Below are positions 1 to 9,912 of a DNA stretch of 64,000 nt, one piece after another. The stretch's first letter is position 1; each line of letters begins with the position of its first letter. The notes under the pieces are model-generated. The model was not told the DNA's origin. It searched no databases and saw only the letters and a program-made list of their open reading frames with translations. Made by a program: the position numbers and the translations under genes. Origin of the DNA: a virus; IMG/VR virus record IMGVR_UViG_3300025425_000002; one strand, written 5' to 3'.

Positions 1-3
1 AAA

Positions 4-228
4 ATGAAATCATTTAAACACCTCATCTTTTCACTAATCGGATTAATGATTATGATGACGTTCATCTCAAGCGCCGAAGCTTCGCCTGGGGTCACGAAAG
101 TACAAAAGGAGACTTTTGCTAAAAAAAAGCGACGTTTTACAGGTAGAAACAGCTACAACTGTAATTGCCTGCGAATTAACCTACAACGTACACAATGTAA
201 CTTTGCTAACGTCGCCCCGACAGGATAA
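4..228 (+). CDS. small exported protein, 5' portion (signal peptide); frame breaks at an A8 tract
   Basis: ATG at 4. MKSFKHLIFSLIGLMIMMTFISSAEA is a classic signal peptide. After the A8 run (121-128) this frame turns basic and junk-like, while the +1 frame (116..379) stays protein-like. Confidence 0.5.
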   Translation: MKSFKHLIFSLIGLMIMMTFISSAEASPGVTKVQKETFAKKKRRFTGRNSYNCNCLRINLQRTQCNFANVAPTG

Positions 229-401
229 CGATCGTAGTCGAGCTCAAGAAAAAAGCGCCATTATCAGTTTTGCTGCACTTAATAAAGCTATAAAAACCCC
301 GGATAATTATTGGAAAAACATAGCTAATAGGTACACTCATAAACGCATATCGAGTTACAAGCCCAGTCTTCGGTGTTAACACGCATGTCAGTCTAAAATA
401 G

Positions 402-436
402 AAATCCTACCCTAAAAAGTAGGATTTTTTGTTTTG
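402..436 (+). terminator. rho-independent terminator
   Basis: AAATCCTAC / GTAGGATTT 9-bp stem, 8-nt loop, followed by TTTTGTTTTG. It lies directly after the 116..379 ORF. Confidence 0.7.
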
Positions 437-472
437 TTAAAATATTATTACCTTTAAGCAAATTATTTTGCT

Positions 473-703
473 ATGCCTGACCCTATTCAGCTACCCGAAG
501 TTACCATTACCGCAAGCAGAGTTGACCCTAAAAAGTACAAAACTGCTAAGGCGAGGCTTTACCCAAAAGGAACTATCGAGCAATCTTCCATCGACAGTTT
601 GAAAAAAGCAGGGCACGCTAAAACGATTGGCGAGCCTATGAAGGGTAATCTATACGGACCAGACCAGAGCGATCGGATTAAACAACTAATGCGTAAGAAA
701 TGA
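473..703 (+). CDS. hypothetical virion-module protein (76 aa)
   Basis: ATG start. Its stop overlaps the next start (ATGA). It is the first gene after the terminator. Confidence 0.6.
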   Translation: MPDPIQLPEVTITASRVDPKKYKTAKARLYPKGTIEQSSIDSLKKAGHAKTIGEPMKGNLYGPDQSDRIKQLMRKK

Positions 704-1326
704 TTAGTGTCGTAACCCTGTGGAATACGCTGATGCAGTCCGCAAAGTCAGGAACCAGTGGCTACCAGTCTGCCGGTGAGTTCAACCGTGACTTAGCTTC
801 AGTGCAAACAAGCGCTATGGGGTTACTTGCTCCGCAGTACGCTACGAACACTTACGTACAAGAGTTACTAAGCCCATTCGTTAAAAGCGTTGCTGTGTCA
901 CTGACTAAGCCTACCGAGTGTTTCTACTTTTTAGGGGCAACTATTAATGATATCGCAGCATACCAAATAAACCCTTTACAAGCACCGATTTACAACTCAA
1001 GCCCTATTCGCAAACCAAGTGCGACTAATCCGACAGCTTATTTCTATTTGATAGGTGGCGACATTACCTATATCCACGACGGTGCCTTAGCAGGAACGAT
1101 GCAGTACATCAGAACGCCTACAACAGCTACGATTGTCTTGACACCTACCTCTGACCCAAATCGGGATTACGTAACGCCTACCGCTGGGGCTGACCTAGAG
1201 TGGCCTGAAAGTGCGTTCAATCTTATCCTTGCACTGATGCAACAGAAATTAGGCGTAGAGATGAAAGAATCATTACTAATGGAAGTAGCTCAACTAGGGC
1301 TACAATTTGAAATATCTAAAGCTTAA
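700..1326 (+). CDS. structural protein, paralog A1 of 2377..3033
   Basis: ATGA-coupled start. Shares MIS..L.., EFN, LL.PFV and DLEW.ESA.NL motifs in the same order with 2377..3033. Confidence 0.7.
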   Translation: MISVVTLWNTLMQSAKSGTSGYQSAGEFNRDLASVQTSAMGLLAPQYATNTYVQELLSPFVKSVAVSLTKPTECFYFLGATINDIAAYQINPLQAPIYNSSPIRKPSATNPTAYFYLIGGDITYIHDGALAGTMQYIRTPTTATIVLTPTSDPNRDYVTPTAGADLEWPESAFNLILALMQQKLGVEMKESLLMEVAQLGLQFEISKA

Positions 1327-1331
1327 ATATT

Positions 1332-1772
1332 ATGGCAAAGAAAGCAGAGACTCCAAAAGCAGAGACTCCAAAAGCAGAGACTCCAAAAGCAGAGACTGCA
1401 AAAGCAAAGACTGCAAAAGCAAAGACTGCAAAAGCAAAGACTGCAAAAGCAGAGACTGCAAAAGAATTAAAGCTAGAAGTTCCTTCTTGGCTAGAAGGAG
1501 AAATGGAAGAAATAGCTAAAGCACAAGAAGAAAGATTCGTATCTGGGATGCTGGCGGGCTCACCTTCTGCTATCACTGAGCATTACGATGGGGTGGAGGT
1601 GACAACATTTGAACTTGACGAGATAGGGCAGATGCCTGAATCAAAGCCTCCAAAAGCAGAGACTCCGAAAGCAGAGACTAAACAATGGGTAACAGATGCC
1701 CTAAAACTTAAAAAGTTAGAGGGTTGCAAAGACACTTTAAACGGCACACTTTATTACGGAGAACTTAAATGA
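1332..1772 (+). CDS. Lys/Ala/Glu/Thr-rich repeat protein (scaffold- or decoration-like?)
   Basis: ATG at 1332. (A-E/K-T-P/A-K)x8 at the N-terminus and 2 more copies near the C-terminus. Acidic helical middle. Confidence 0.65.
   Translation: MAKKAETPKAETPKAETPKAETAKAKTAKAKTAKAKTAKAETAKELKLEVPSWLEGEMEEIAKAQEERFVSGMLAGSPSAITEHYDGVEVTTFELDEIGQMPESKPPKAETPKAETKQWVTDALKLKKLEGCKDTLNGTLYYGELK
1344..1463. repeat. 15-bp tandem repeat x8 (GCAGAGACTCCAAAA and variants)
   Basis: Eight head-to-tail units read directly. They produce spurious ORFs in the other frames (1307..1519 +, 1316..1576 -). Confidence 0.95.
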
Positions 1773-2380
1773 AAGTCGAGAAACTTGTAGAAAGTGTTTT
1801 CTTGATGGTGAACGGTGGTAAGCCGAGCACTGACGATAATGTTATGCGTGCTGATATCACAGCCCTCGTGCCCGATGCGGTAAACGAGGTCATGGCGTTA
1901 TTCTATGCGGCAGACGTGCCTTCTAGCGAAGGAACTGAGCCTAATCCGGTATTCCTACAAGTTTTTGAAGCAGTTGCAATCGCTTTGAGCGCAACCCGTA
2001 AAAAGTTCACTTTTACCTTACCTAAAACGCCTTTGAGTGTAAACGTGTTCAAATCGGTCAGGTCGGTAGGGCTTATGGATGGCACACTGTTCACGCACTT
2101 CTATCCGCAGGATGGGACGTTAGGGTCGTATAATATCCAAATCGACAGAGCGATACCTGCATATTCCGTAGAAGGAACGTCCGTAGTGCTGTATAACGTA
2201 CCAACAGGGACGGCAGAAGTATTAGTTAAGCAATTAGTACACATCGACGATTATGCTTTGACTGATGAGATAATCGTGCCTTCTGGAACTGAAAATGCTT
2301 TGATTAGTAAATTATTTGCTATGTTTATGCAGCAGAAGAGCATACAACCCGATAACCTAATTAACGGAGCGACGACATGA
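1769..2380 (+). CDS. structural protein, paralog B1 of 3030..3647
   Basis: ATGA-coupled. The N-terminus ..LV.SVFLMVNGGKPSTDDNVMRADITALVPDAVN aligns with ..LIGSVLLRVGGGRATSDMSVREADVRTLIAPAMN. Confidence 0.7.
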   Translation: MKVEKLVESVFLMVNGGKPSTDDNVMRADITALVPDAVNEVMALFYAADVPSSEGTEPNPVFLQVFEAVAIALSATRKKFTFTLPKTPLSVNVFKSVRSVGLMDGTLFTHFYPQDGTLGSYNIQIDRAIPAYSVEGTSVVLYNVPTGTAEVLVKQLVHIDDYALTDEIIVPSGTENALISKLFAMFMQQKSIQPDNLINGATT

Positions 2381-3033
2381 TTTCTATACTAAACCTATTC
2401 GATTCGGTATGTCACGCTTTGCCTAATTACAAATCGGGGGTGAATCCTATGCCTGAGTTCAACTCCAAAGTGAATGAGGCGCAGAAAGAACTCATGGATG
2501 CTATTGCGGTTAAATACGATCAAAACGAACGTATCCGCACCTTACTAGACCCTTTTGTACTGAACGCTACAGGAACAGCCGTAGGTTCGATCGTAAAACC
2601 CACAGGTTTCTACCGTGCGCTCGGCATCACACTCACGCATGCTACTAAAACCATACCTGTTTACCAAGCTAAAGAAAACGAATTAATCGCACAGGATTAC
2701 CTTCCACAGCGCAAGGCTAACTTGGATAACGGAATTGCTTATTACAAGCAAGCAGGAACGACTATTACAGTCATCCCTTCTACCAGTGCGCCTTACTCTA
2801 TGTTTTATCTACGCTCGCCTTTAGACGCCGCTCTGAGTTCCGTTTACACGGCACTTCCGAGTGGCGAATTGGCGCTTACCGCATCAGGTGTAATCGACTT
2901 AGAGTGGGATGAAAGCGCATATAACTTATTACTGAATAGGGTTCTGCGCAAATACGGAGTAACGGGAAAAGACGAGTTAGTCCTACAAGCAAGTTCGGCA
3001 GATATAAACAGTGACTTAATCGCAGAGCCATGA
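2377..3033 (+). CDS. structural protein, paralog A2 of 700..1326
   Basis: ATGA-coupled. Colinear motif sharing with 700..1326. Confidence 0.7.
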   Translation: MISILNLFDSVCHALPNYKSGVNPMPEFNSKVNEAQKELMDAIAVKYDQNERIRTLLDPFVLNATGTAVGSIVKPTGFYRALGITLTHATKTIPVYQAKENELIAQDYLPQRKANLDNGIAYYKQAGTTITVIPSTSAPYSMFYLRSPLDAALSSVYTALPSGELALTASGVIDLEWDESAYNLLLNRVLRKYGVTGKDELVLQASSADINSDLIAEP

Positions 3034-3647
3034 CCAAGAACGAATTAATCGGTAGTGTATTACTGCGAGTAGGTGGCGGGAGAGCAACCTCAGATATGTC
3101 AGTCAGGGAAGCGGACGTTCGCACACTAATCGCTCCTGCTATGAACTTGGCTATTGAAGCAGGTGATAACATGAATCGCAACGAAGAAGCAGACAGAGAT
3201 TATCTGACTGAGTTCTACGGTACGTATCAAAACGTAACCATAGACCGAACTAACCGCATCCCTACGTTTGCGATAGCTGAGGCTACTGTTCCCCTTAAAG
3301 GTAATGGGGGGCTTAGAGCGGTGTATGATAATTGTGGTACGTTCTACGGCAAGCTGACCGCAGCGGACAGAGCGTCTGTTGTGTATTACAGTGGGCTAAC
3401 ACCGGGCATGGCTTGGTATTTTCGTTTAGGTGATACCGTGCAACTTTACGGAGTGAACCCTATTGCCGAAACAGTTAATTACGATGCGCTTGTAAGCGTG
3501 GATGCAATCGGAGACGACGACCAATTACCCTTAGTAGCAGGAACGGAAGCCAAAGCAATCGACGTGCTGTTCCAAATGGTTATGGGGCAAATAGCCAATC
3601 CTTACGATAGCAGGATTGATAAAGACGATATAAACCGAAACGAATAA
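3030..3647 (+). CDS. structural protein, paralog B2 of 1769..2380
   Basis: ATGA-coupled. N-terminal similarity to 1769..2380. Confidence 0.7.
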   Translation: MTKNELIGSVLLRVGGGRATSDMSVREADVRTLIAPAMNLAIEAGDNMNRNEEADRDYLTEFYGTYQNVTIDRTNRIPTFAIAEATVPLKGNGGLRAVYDNCGTFYGKLTAADRASVVYYSGLTPGMAWYFRLGDTVQLYGVNPIAETVNYDALVSVDAIGDDDQLPLVAGTEAKAIDVLFQMVMGQIANPYDSRIDKDDINRNE

Positions 3648-4399
3648 TGAGCAGATCAGTTATAAGCCTTGACATCATAGCGAGCGACATTTGCGGAGAC
3701 TTGAACGATCCGATGCTCAAGTATAAGTTCAGAGTGACTCGTCACTTGCTGAATGGGTACAGGCGCATGAATATGTTCCTGTCAGGGCAAACGCAAGTAA
3801 AGACTGCCATATTGGATTTCTCCAATGTGATAAACCTGCCGTGTGATTTTCAGTACGTGACTAAGGTTGGTGTCAGGCGAGCTGGAAGTAGCTGCATCGC
3901 TATTCTGTCTGTCAGAGATAACGTAGAGCGCAGGGTGCTTAACGACACGGATACGTGCAACTATTTGAACAATATTTGGAGCGGAGCAGAACTTGGTCCA
4001 CAATACGCTTTCTACAATGCTTGGACTGCGCAAGGCAATTACTACGGAGAATTGTACGGTATGGGCAGAGGGGTTATAAACTCAGGAACGTATAGCATTG
4101 ATAAAGGAGAAGGTATTATCTACATCGGAAGCAACGTACCGCCCGATTCGGAGGTTATTGTAGAGTATGTGGGTAATGGAATCTCTAATGGGGTGACTAT
4201 GGTTCCTATGGAACTTAAAGAGTGCTTGGAGTTTTACGCTAAGTGGAAGTTTTATGCGGACAACAACCCACGCTTGGGTGAGATGAACTACGATAAGTAT
4301 AAAAAAGAATATAACGTGCTTAAAAGATATTATAACCACCGCACGCCTTTGCAAATAGCTGTTGCGGTGAACAGTGCCATCAGCCCCACTAATTATTAG
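3647..4399 (+). CDS. hypothetical virion protein (250 aa)
   Basis: TAATG-coupled start in the co-directional structural array. No motif recognised. Confidence 0.65.
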   Translation: MSRSVISLDIIASDICGDLNDPMLKYKFRVTRHLLNGYRRMNMFLSGQTQVKTAILDFSNVINLPCDFQYVTKVGVRRAGSSCIAILSVRDNVERRVLNDTDTCNYLNNIWSGAELGPQYAFYNAWTAQGNYYGELYGMGRGVINSGTYSIDKGEGIIYIGSNVPPDSEVIVEYVGNGISNGVTMVPMELKECLEFYAKWKFYADNNPRLGEMNYDKYKKEYNVLKRYYNHRTPLQIAVAVNSAISPTNY

Positions 4400-4402
4400 G
4401 CT

Positions 4403-4666
4403 ATGACACTAAAAGAACGTCTGGTAAGTCAATTAACGGCAAAAGGTATTTCAAAAACAAAGGCCGTAGGTATAGCTGTCCGTAAATTGCAACAGAGTGG
4501 GAATTTAGACATGGCAGGTAATCCTACAGCGCAAGGATTGTACCGTGGCGACATGACACCTGCTCAAAGAGCCGTACACAGAGCCGTTAAAGAACGAGGT
4601 GGTGATTTTACAGACTATAAATACAATTCGCTAACTAACAAAGCCGTTAAGAAGTATAAATATTAG
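4403..4666 (+). CDS. hypothetical small basic protein (87 aa)
   Basis: ATG start, 3-nt spacers to both neighbours. Confidence 0.6.
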   Translation: MTLKERLVSQLTAKGISKTKAVGIAVRKLQQSGNLDMAGNPTAQGLYRGDMTPAQRAVHRAVKERGGDFTDYKYNSLTNKAVKKYKY

Positions 4667-4669
4667 AAG

Positions 4670-7600
4670 ATGCCCTCTAAACTGAAACAAGTCGTAACCC
4701 ACACTTTTACCGAAGGAATGAATCGGGATACAGCGCTGTGGGTTATTCCCAACGGTGCGTACTATGAAGGCATCAATGTTAGAATTTTCCAATACGGAAG
4801 TCAGTACATCGTCACCAACCCAAAAGGGAATTTAGAAATTCCTTTTACACTTCCTGCTGGTACTAATTACTGCTTAGGTTCATACGGGGACACTGAAAAT
4901 AATAAATTCTATTGGTTCAATCATAATAGTACTGGCTATCACGGTATCTACTATTATGACTACTTACTGAATAGTGTAACTCCGGTTATCATCAACTTGA
5001 CCGATACGGGCGGGGTTGACATTTTGCAATTCGCTAAAAGGTCGTTAATCTTAATGATTGACGTGATTAAATCTGCATCGGGCGATGACTTAATCTATTG
5101 GTGCGATGGGCAGGTCAAGCAGAAGAAAATCAACGTACAGAAAGCCTTAGACAAAAGTTCTGCGGGCTATGGGGCGATCATAACGCCAACGGATATTAAC
5201 GCTTACAAGCTCGCCGCAAGTGCGCCTGCTATGGCTTACTTTACAGATACTACGAGGTCAACTAACTTCGTGTATGGGCATCTCTACAAAGCATCGCTCC
5301 GTCAATGGTTCGATGATGGCGAGATGAACAACTGGTCGGAGTTCTCTATCGTACCGCTTCCTCTGGATAGCGGTTTTGCGGGTAATCCTGCAATCAGTAA
5401 CGTGAACAATACCATACAGATAACTATCGAGACGGGCCCAAGTATAGTAACTCACTTAGAAATTGCGCTTAAAGACGGAAACAAAGATTTTGTATCGGTA
5501 GTTGTTCTTGACAAGGCTAAACTCAGCATCTCCGATAACAGCACTTACGTTTACAATTTCTACAACGGCAGTACTGCCTATTCAGGCTTAGACCAACTGA
5601 ACGTGTACCGAGCGTACTCATTCATGCCACGCTTAGCGGCTTTGCAGGCTTTCTGCCAGAACGCAATGGTTTACGGTAAAGGCGTAGAGGGGTTTCCCGA
5701 TGTAGATGTTGTGCTGAGCAACGAAACGGTATATTCAGATTTGTTCTTAGCATCCGATGTGGAGAATGAGCTGAACTCTCCATCCTTCGTAGCTACTATC
5801 CTAGACACAGACTTCACAAGGCAAGGCTCGGGCAGGCGCACGAATGCTTTAATAAGAGTAGTGGTGGGTAACGATGTGAAACTAGGTAATCAGTTCCAAC
5901 TATTCGGTAATAATGGGCAGTCGGACAACCAGTACTTCACTTACACGGCCACTTTATCTGATACGGCAATTACCGTAGCGGATAACTTCAAGCAACAACT
6001 GATAGGCACGGGGAGAATACTCAGTACAAGTCCTGAGCTACCTGATACGGACATTTGGGATAATAGCATAGACGGTTCGGGAAATGTGACCTTTGAGTTC
6101 ATTTGGAGGGGTTCGTTTGATGAGAACGCTACCACTTTCACAGGGCAAGTGAACCCCGTATCGTTCCAAACCTTGAAAGATAACGGGCAATCCGTCCTAA
6201 CACAGAAGTCAGGCGATTCGATTAATTACGCGGTAATTTATTGGAACGAGGACACTTACCGCTCAAACGCTTACACTTCTAATGGTGGGTTTGTGCGTCA
6301 CGATTTCGTAACAGAAACCGCAGGGTTTAAGAAGATAGTCGATAACATCTCCCTCAGCAACGTGCCGCCTGAGTGGGCTACGCATTGGGAATTGGTTAGG
6401 ACTGCAGGACTTACTTATGGGTCGCTACCTACGGACTACGTGCAGATTCTCATACAGAAAGCCGTAGAAAGTCAAAGTACGACCGATACGGATTACGTGG
6501 ATCTGGTGATAGGCTCTCTATACACCTATCAGAAAATGTACCCAAATACGGTAGTTCGTTACGCTTTCGAGAAGAACGACAGAGTTAGACTTATAAAGAA
6601 AGAGGATGACGGAACGTACTACCCTTTCACCGAAACTATCGTAATTGATTTTAAGGAAGTCGGAACTACACTTACGGTGGACCAGGACGTAACCACAGCA
6701 GGAACTTCTACGATAACTATCGGTGGAGTGACCTCAGCGGACAACATTGGCCGGTTCATCGTGATTGATGGCGTAGAGCGTGAGATAATCGCGGTGCCAT
6801 CAGGAACTACTTACACCCTAAACAGTTCTTTCGGAACGACCGAGACGTACACTAGCTTCCAAATCGTTGACAAAAGAGGAATCATAAGAGTGCGTAAACC
6901 TATCGGCGTTGATATTGAAGATAATTCTTTAGTGGAGGTGTACAAGCCTGTGCAGAACATCGAGTCGGCGCAGAATAACTTCTACCTATTCGGTCAGAAG
7001 TACGCCATCATTAACGCAGGGACAGCTACAAGAACCCATAGCGGTAACGTGCAGAACCAAGTCGGTTCTACACCAGCTATCGTATCCGTCTCGCAAGGCA
7101 CATCATACGTCAGGAACAGACAACTGCCGACTAACAACACTATACCTGGTACACAAGCTATAATTGACTTAGTGGAGGATAACAGCTATTCTGACTTCTA
7201 CGAAAGTGCTTTGAACAACAACGGCAAGGTAACACCAGAAGATGATGGCAGTGGAGAGGTGCGCTTCGGCTCACGCCTGCGTTACAGTAACAACTACATC
7301 GAGGGCACACGCATCAATGGGTTGAATGACTTCAATAATCTTGACAGAGAGGACTACAGCGACCCGTGGGGGGATTTCATGCTCTTAAAGTACCGAGATA
7401 GACTGCTCTACGCTTTCAAGCAATTAAAGGTGGGCTACATCGGTGTGCTGAACAGTATAATCACCACGAGCGACGGCAATCCTTCGCTTGCGACCACCAC
7501 TAAGTTCTTGAATCAGTACCAGACTTTTGCTTGGGAGGGTGGCATTGGTAATATGCCTGAGAGTTACGCATCTGACCAGACTTGGCAGTATTTTCTATCC

Positions 7601-8545
7601 CCCAATTCGGGAACAGATTGTAGAATAGGTGGCGATGGTGTCTTACCAACCTCACACCAATTCGGTTTGTCTAAAACGGTTAGAGAATACATAGACCTGT
7701 CACAGAAATACGGGGCTTTTGTATTTGGTGAAGTCGACAGACAGAACGTAGAACGCCTATTGGCTTTTGAACCAGTCATTCCTTACATTTACAGAGGTAG
7801 CTTCAATCAGGCGAATTGGAAGCTATTTGATGATGACCTACCACTTGATACAATCTTCGAGATCACTACTCAGCCGGTAAATGGCTCTGATAGCGTTCCT
7901 GTGGACGGAGTGACTACCTATACGCCTGACACAGATTTCGTGGGCTCTGACCCGTCCTACTTCAGATGGAGTATCGGCGCAGGGTGGAGCGCACCTAAGA
8001 AGATTTGTATGCTTGTGGATGACGTGCCTATCCCACCTCCGACAGTAACTTATTACAATGTGGTCGCCTCAGAATGGTTTACTAAGGAAGGTTGCGAAGC
8101 AGGTTATCACGGCTCGGGTGTAGAATACACCGTGGCGGCATTAACTTACTCCTCGCCTTTCAGCCAAGAAGCCGCCGACCAACAGGCGATTGCTGATATA
8201 GCAGCTAACGGTCAGGCTTATGCCAATGCGAATGGAGAGTGTATTCCAGATGCGCCCCCAGGAGTAACAGAGTATCGTTTGGTCAGCTATTCAAGCCTAG
8301 ATAGGCCAGAGGCTTGCGGAGGTTCTATTCTATTAACAGGAAGTCCTATATCGGTATATGCCACATCGGGAGCAGTAACGGATAACAAAACATTATACAA
8401 CCAACCTGAGTTAATCAGTGTGTGGCCAGACGTACCGAACGATGGGGATTATGTGATGTTCTTCGTAGCAGGTGCGCCTACTGTAACTTATGTAGGAAAT
8501 GTCGATATAAGTGGTAATATGATTTCAATAGTAATTTGTACTTAA
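4670..8545 (+). CDS. large virion structural protein (tail tube/nozzle- or baseplate-like), 1291 aa
   Basis: Uninterrupted 3.9-kb ORF, beta-rich and Asn/Thr/Gly/Tyr-rich. Its position before the internal-protein run parallels the large tail proteins of podoviruses. The function is inferred from position only. Confidence 0.6.
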   Translation: MPSKLKQVVTHTFTEGMNRDTALWVIPNGAYYEGINVRIFQYGSQYIVTNPKGNLEIPFTLPAGTNYCLGSYGDTENNKFYWFNHNSTGYHGIYYYDYLLNSVTPVIINLTDTGGVDILQFAKRSLILMIDVIKSASGDDLIYWCDGQVKQKKINVQKALDKSSAGYGAIITPTDINAYKLAASAPAMAYFTDTTRSTNFVYGHLYKASLRQWFDDGEMNNWSEFSIVPLPLDSGFAGNPAISNVNNTIQITIETGPSIVTHLEIALKDGNKDFVSVVVLDKAKLSISDNSTYVYNFYNGSTAYSGLDQLNVYRAYSFMPRLAALQAFCQNAMVYGKGVEGFPDVDVVLSNETVYSDLFLASDVENELNSPSFVATILDTDFTRQGSGRRTNALIRVVVGNDVKLGNQFQLFGNNGQSDNQYFTYTATLSDTAITVADNFKQQLIGTGRILSTSPELPDTDIWDNSIDGSGNVTFEFIWRGSFDENATTFTGQVNPVSFQTLKDNGQSVLTQKSGDSINYAVIYWNEDTYRSNAYTSNGGFVRHDFVTETAGFKKIVDNISLSNVPPEWATHWELVRTAGLTYGSLPTDYVQILIQKAVESQSTTDTDYVDLVIGSLYTYQKMYPNTVVRYAFEKNDRVRLIKKEDDGTYYPFTETIVIDFKEVGTTLTVDQDVTTAGTSTITIGGVTSADNIGRFIVIDGVEREIIAVPSGTTYTLNSSFGTTETYTSFQIVDKRGIIRVRKPIGVDIEDNSLVEVYKPVQNIESAQNNFYLFGQKYAIINAGTATRTHSGNVQNQVGSTPAIVSVSQGTSYVRNRQLPTNNTIPGTQAIIDLVEDNSYSDFYESALNNNGKVTPEDDGSGEVRFGSRLRYSNNYIEGTRINGLNDFNNLDREDYSDPWGDFMLLKYRDRLLYAFKQLKVGYIGVLNSIITTSDGNPSLATTTKFLNQYQTFAWEGGIGNMPESYASDQTWQYFLSPNSGTDCRIGGDGVLPTSHQFGLSKTVREYIDLSQKYGAFVFGEVDRQNVERLLAFEPVIPYIYRGSFNQANWKLFDDDLPLDTIFEITTQPVNGSDSVPVDGVTTYTPDTDFVGSDPSYFRWSIGAGWSAPKKICMLVDDVPIPPPTVTYYNVVASEWFTKEGCEAGYHGSGVEYTVAALTYSSPFSQEAADQQAIADIAANGQAYANANGECIPDAPPGVTEYRLVSYSSLDRPEACGGSILLTGSPISVYATSGAVTDNKTLYNQPELISVWPDVPNDGDYVMFFVAGAPTVTYVGNVDISGNMISIVICT

Positions 8546-8546
8546 T

Positions 8547-9458
8547 ATGAGCTTTGTAACCCTTAAAAACACCCCAATCCAAATTGACTTAGCGCAGTTA
8601 GCCGTCGATAATGGGTGGCGTATATCTGGGGGGACTGCCTATCACGACCCTTGCTTTGCAGGCTACATAACGCTTGAGAACACAGCCGTTGTAGCGGATA
8701 CTTCTTACGTAGTTACTTACGAAGTGGTAGATTACGTTTCGGGAAGTGTGCGTGTAATCATAGGCACAGAACTTGGTATTAACCGCACCGCAAATGGGGT
8801 TTACACTGAAACAATCTTAGTTCCGGGCGCACCTGCTAACCTGCTAGTGCAGTTCTACTCCGATGGCGAATTGGGTGTGAACTATGTCGAGGCTTATCCT
8901 GTGGAGGATACACCAGATACAGGCCATGTTTTAGGATTCAACATCGAGGAAAACAAATGGACGACCTACTACTCGGGGCAGCGTGAGAATATGCTGAAAT
9001 TCCTGAATGACTTCTTTGCTTTCAAAGATGGTAGGTTGTGGAAGATGAACGTAAATCCTATTCGTAATAACTTCTTTGGAATGCAGTACACTTCGAGCAT
9101 TACGCTTGTCGTGAACACTAATCCGACGGAGATTAAGAACTTCTTTTCAATTAGGCAAAAGTCGAATAGCGTATGGGGGGTTCCGTCCATCATAATCCCT
9201 CCGAGTGAAGGAAAAGTAAATGGTATGGAATCTTTAATAAAAAGTGGTAACTTTATCACGTTGAACAACGGCGATCGCTTCGCTGACTTTTTGCGGGATA
9301 AGACCGACCCTCGATTTGGGACGGAGTTACAAGCACTTTTCGAGGGAGCGGTATTGCAAGGAAACTATGCAGTTATTACCTTTGAGAACACAAGTACTGA
9401 GGAGGTTAGGACTTTGAGTATAGATTTTATGATTAGTAAACAAGAATTTACCTATTGA
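8547..9458 (+). CDS. hypothetical virion protein (303 aa)
   Basis: ATG 1 nt after the previous stop, in the structural array. Confidence 0.65.
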   Translation: MSFVTLKNTPIQIDLAQLAVDNGWRISGGTAYHDPCFAGYITLENTAVVADTSYVVTYEVVDYVSGSVRVIIGTELGINRTANGVYTETILVPGAPANLLVQFYSDGELGVNYVEAYPVEDTPDTGHVLGFNIEENKWTTYYSGQRENMLKFLNDFFAFKDGRLWKMNVNPIRNNFFGMQYTSSITLVVNTNPTEIKNFFSIRQKSNSVWGVPSIIIPPSEGKVNGMESLIKSGNFITLNNGDRFADFLRDKTDPRFGTELQALFEGAVLQGNYAVITFENTSTEEVRTLSIDFMISKQEFTY

Positions 9459-9459
9459 C

Positions 9460-9912
9460 ATGCTACAAGAGATAGATGTAACTACAGACTACCATAAAGG
9501 CATGGATGCGATTGAGAGCGTTATAGCCAATAGTGTCCCTGTAGATTGCCCTATTACGCATCATTTTGTAAATGGAGTGTATTGTAGAGAAATGTTTACC
9601 CGTAAAGGGACGGTACTAACCAGTAAAATACACAAGTCTATGCACCCTTTTATCCTATCTATGGGTGTTATTGCTGTAGTAGATAACGATATGAAGCCCG
9701 TTATTTTAGAAGCTCCGCATTTTGGGGTTACTATGCCCGGTACAAGGAGACTAATTTATGCGTATGAAGATTCAATATGGACAACCATACACCGAACAGA
9801 CGTTAAACCCGAATCGGATACTATTGAAGATATGGAAAAAGCAGCAAAATTAATAGAGGACGACATTATACAGCCTCATGACTTAAAAGAATTAGGATTA
9901 TGGCCTTCGTAG
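9460..9912 (+). CDS. hypothetical protein (150 aa)
   Basis: ATG 1 nt after the previous stop. No confident motif. Confidence 0.6.
   Translation: MLQEIDVTTDYHKGMDAIESVIANSVPVDCPITHHFVNGVYCREMFTRKGTVLTSKIHKSMHPFILSMGVIAVVDNDMKPVILEAPHFGVTMPGTRRLIYAYEDSIWTTIHRTDVKPESDTIEDMEKAAKLIEDDIIQPHDLKELGLWPS

Noticed and set aside
121-136. 16-nt identity AAAAAAAAGCGACGTT between 121-136 and about 12339-12354 (both encode KKSDV)
   Set aside because: Half of it is a homopolymer, and the match is too short to assign meaning. I note it only as weak support that the +1 frame is the coding frame after the A-tract at 121.
1307-1576. ORFs 1307..1519 (+, SRDSK repeats) and 1316..1576 (-)
   Set aside because: These are alternative-frame and antisense readings of the 15-bp tandem repeat inside 1332..1772. 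They have no independent start context.
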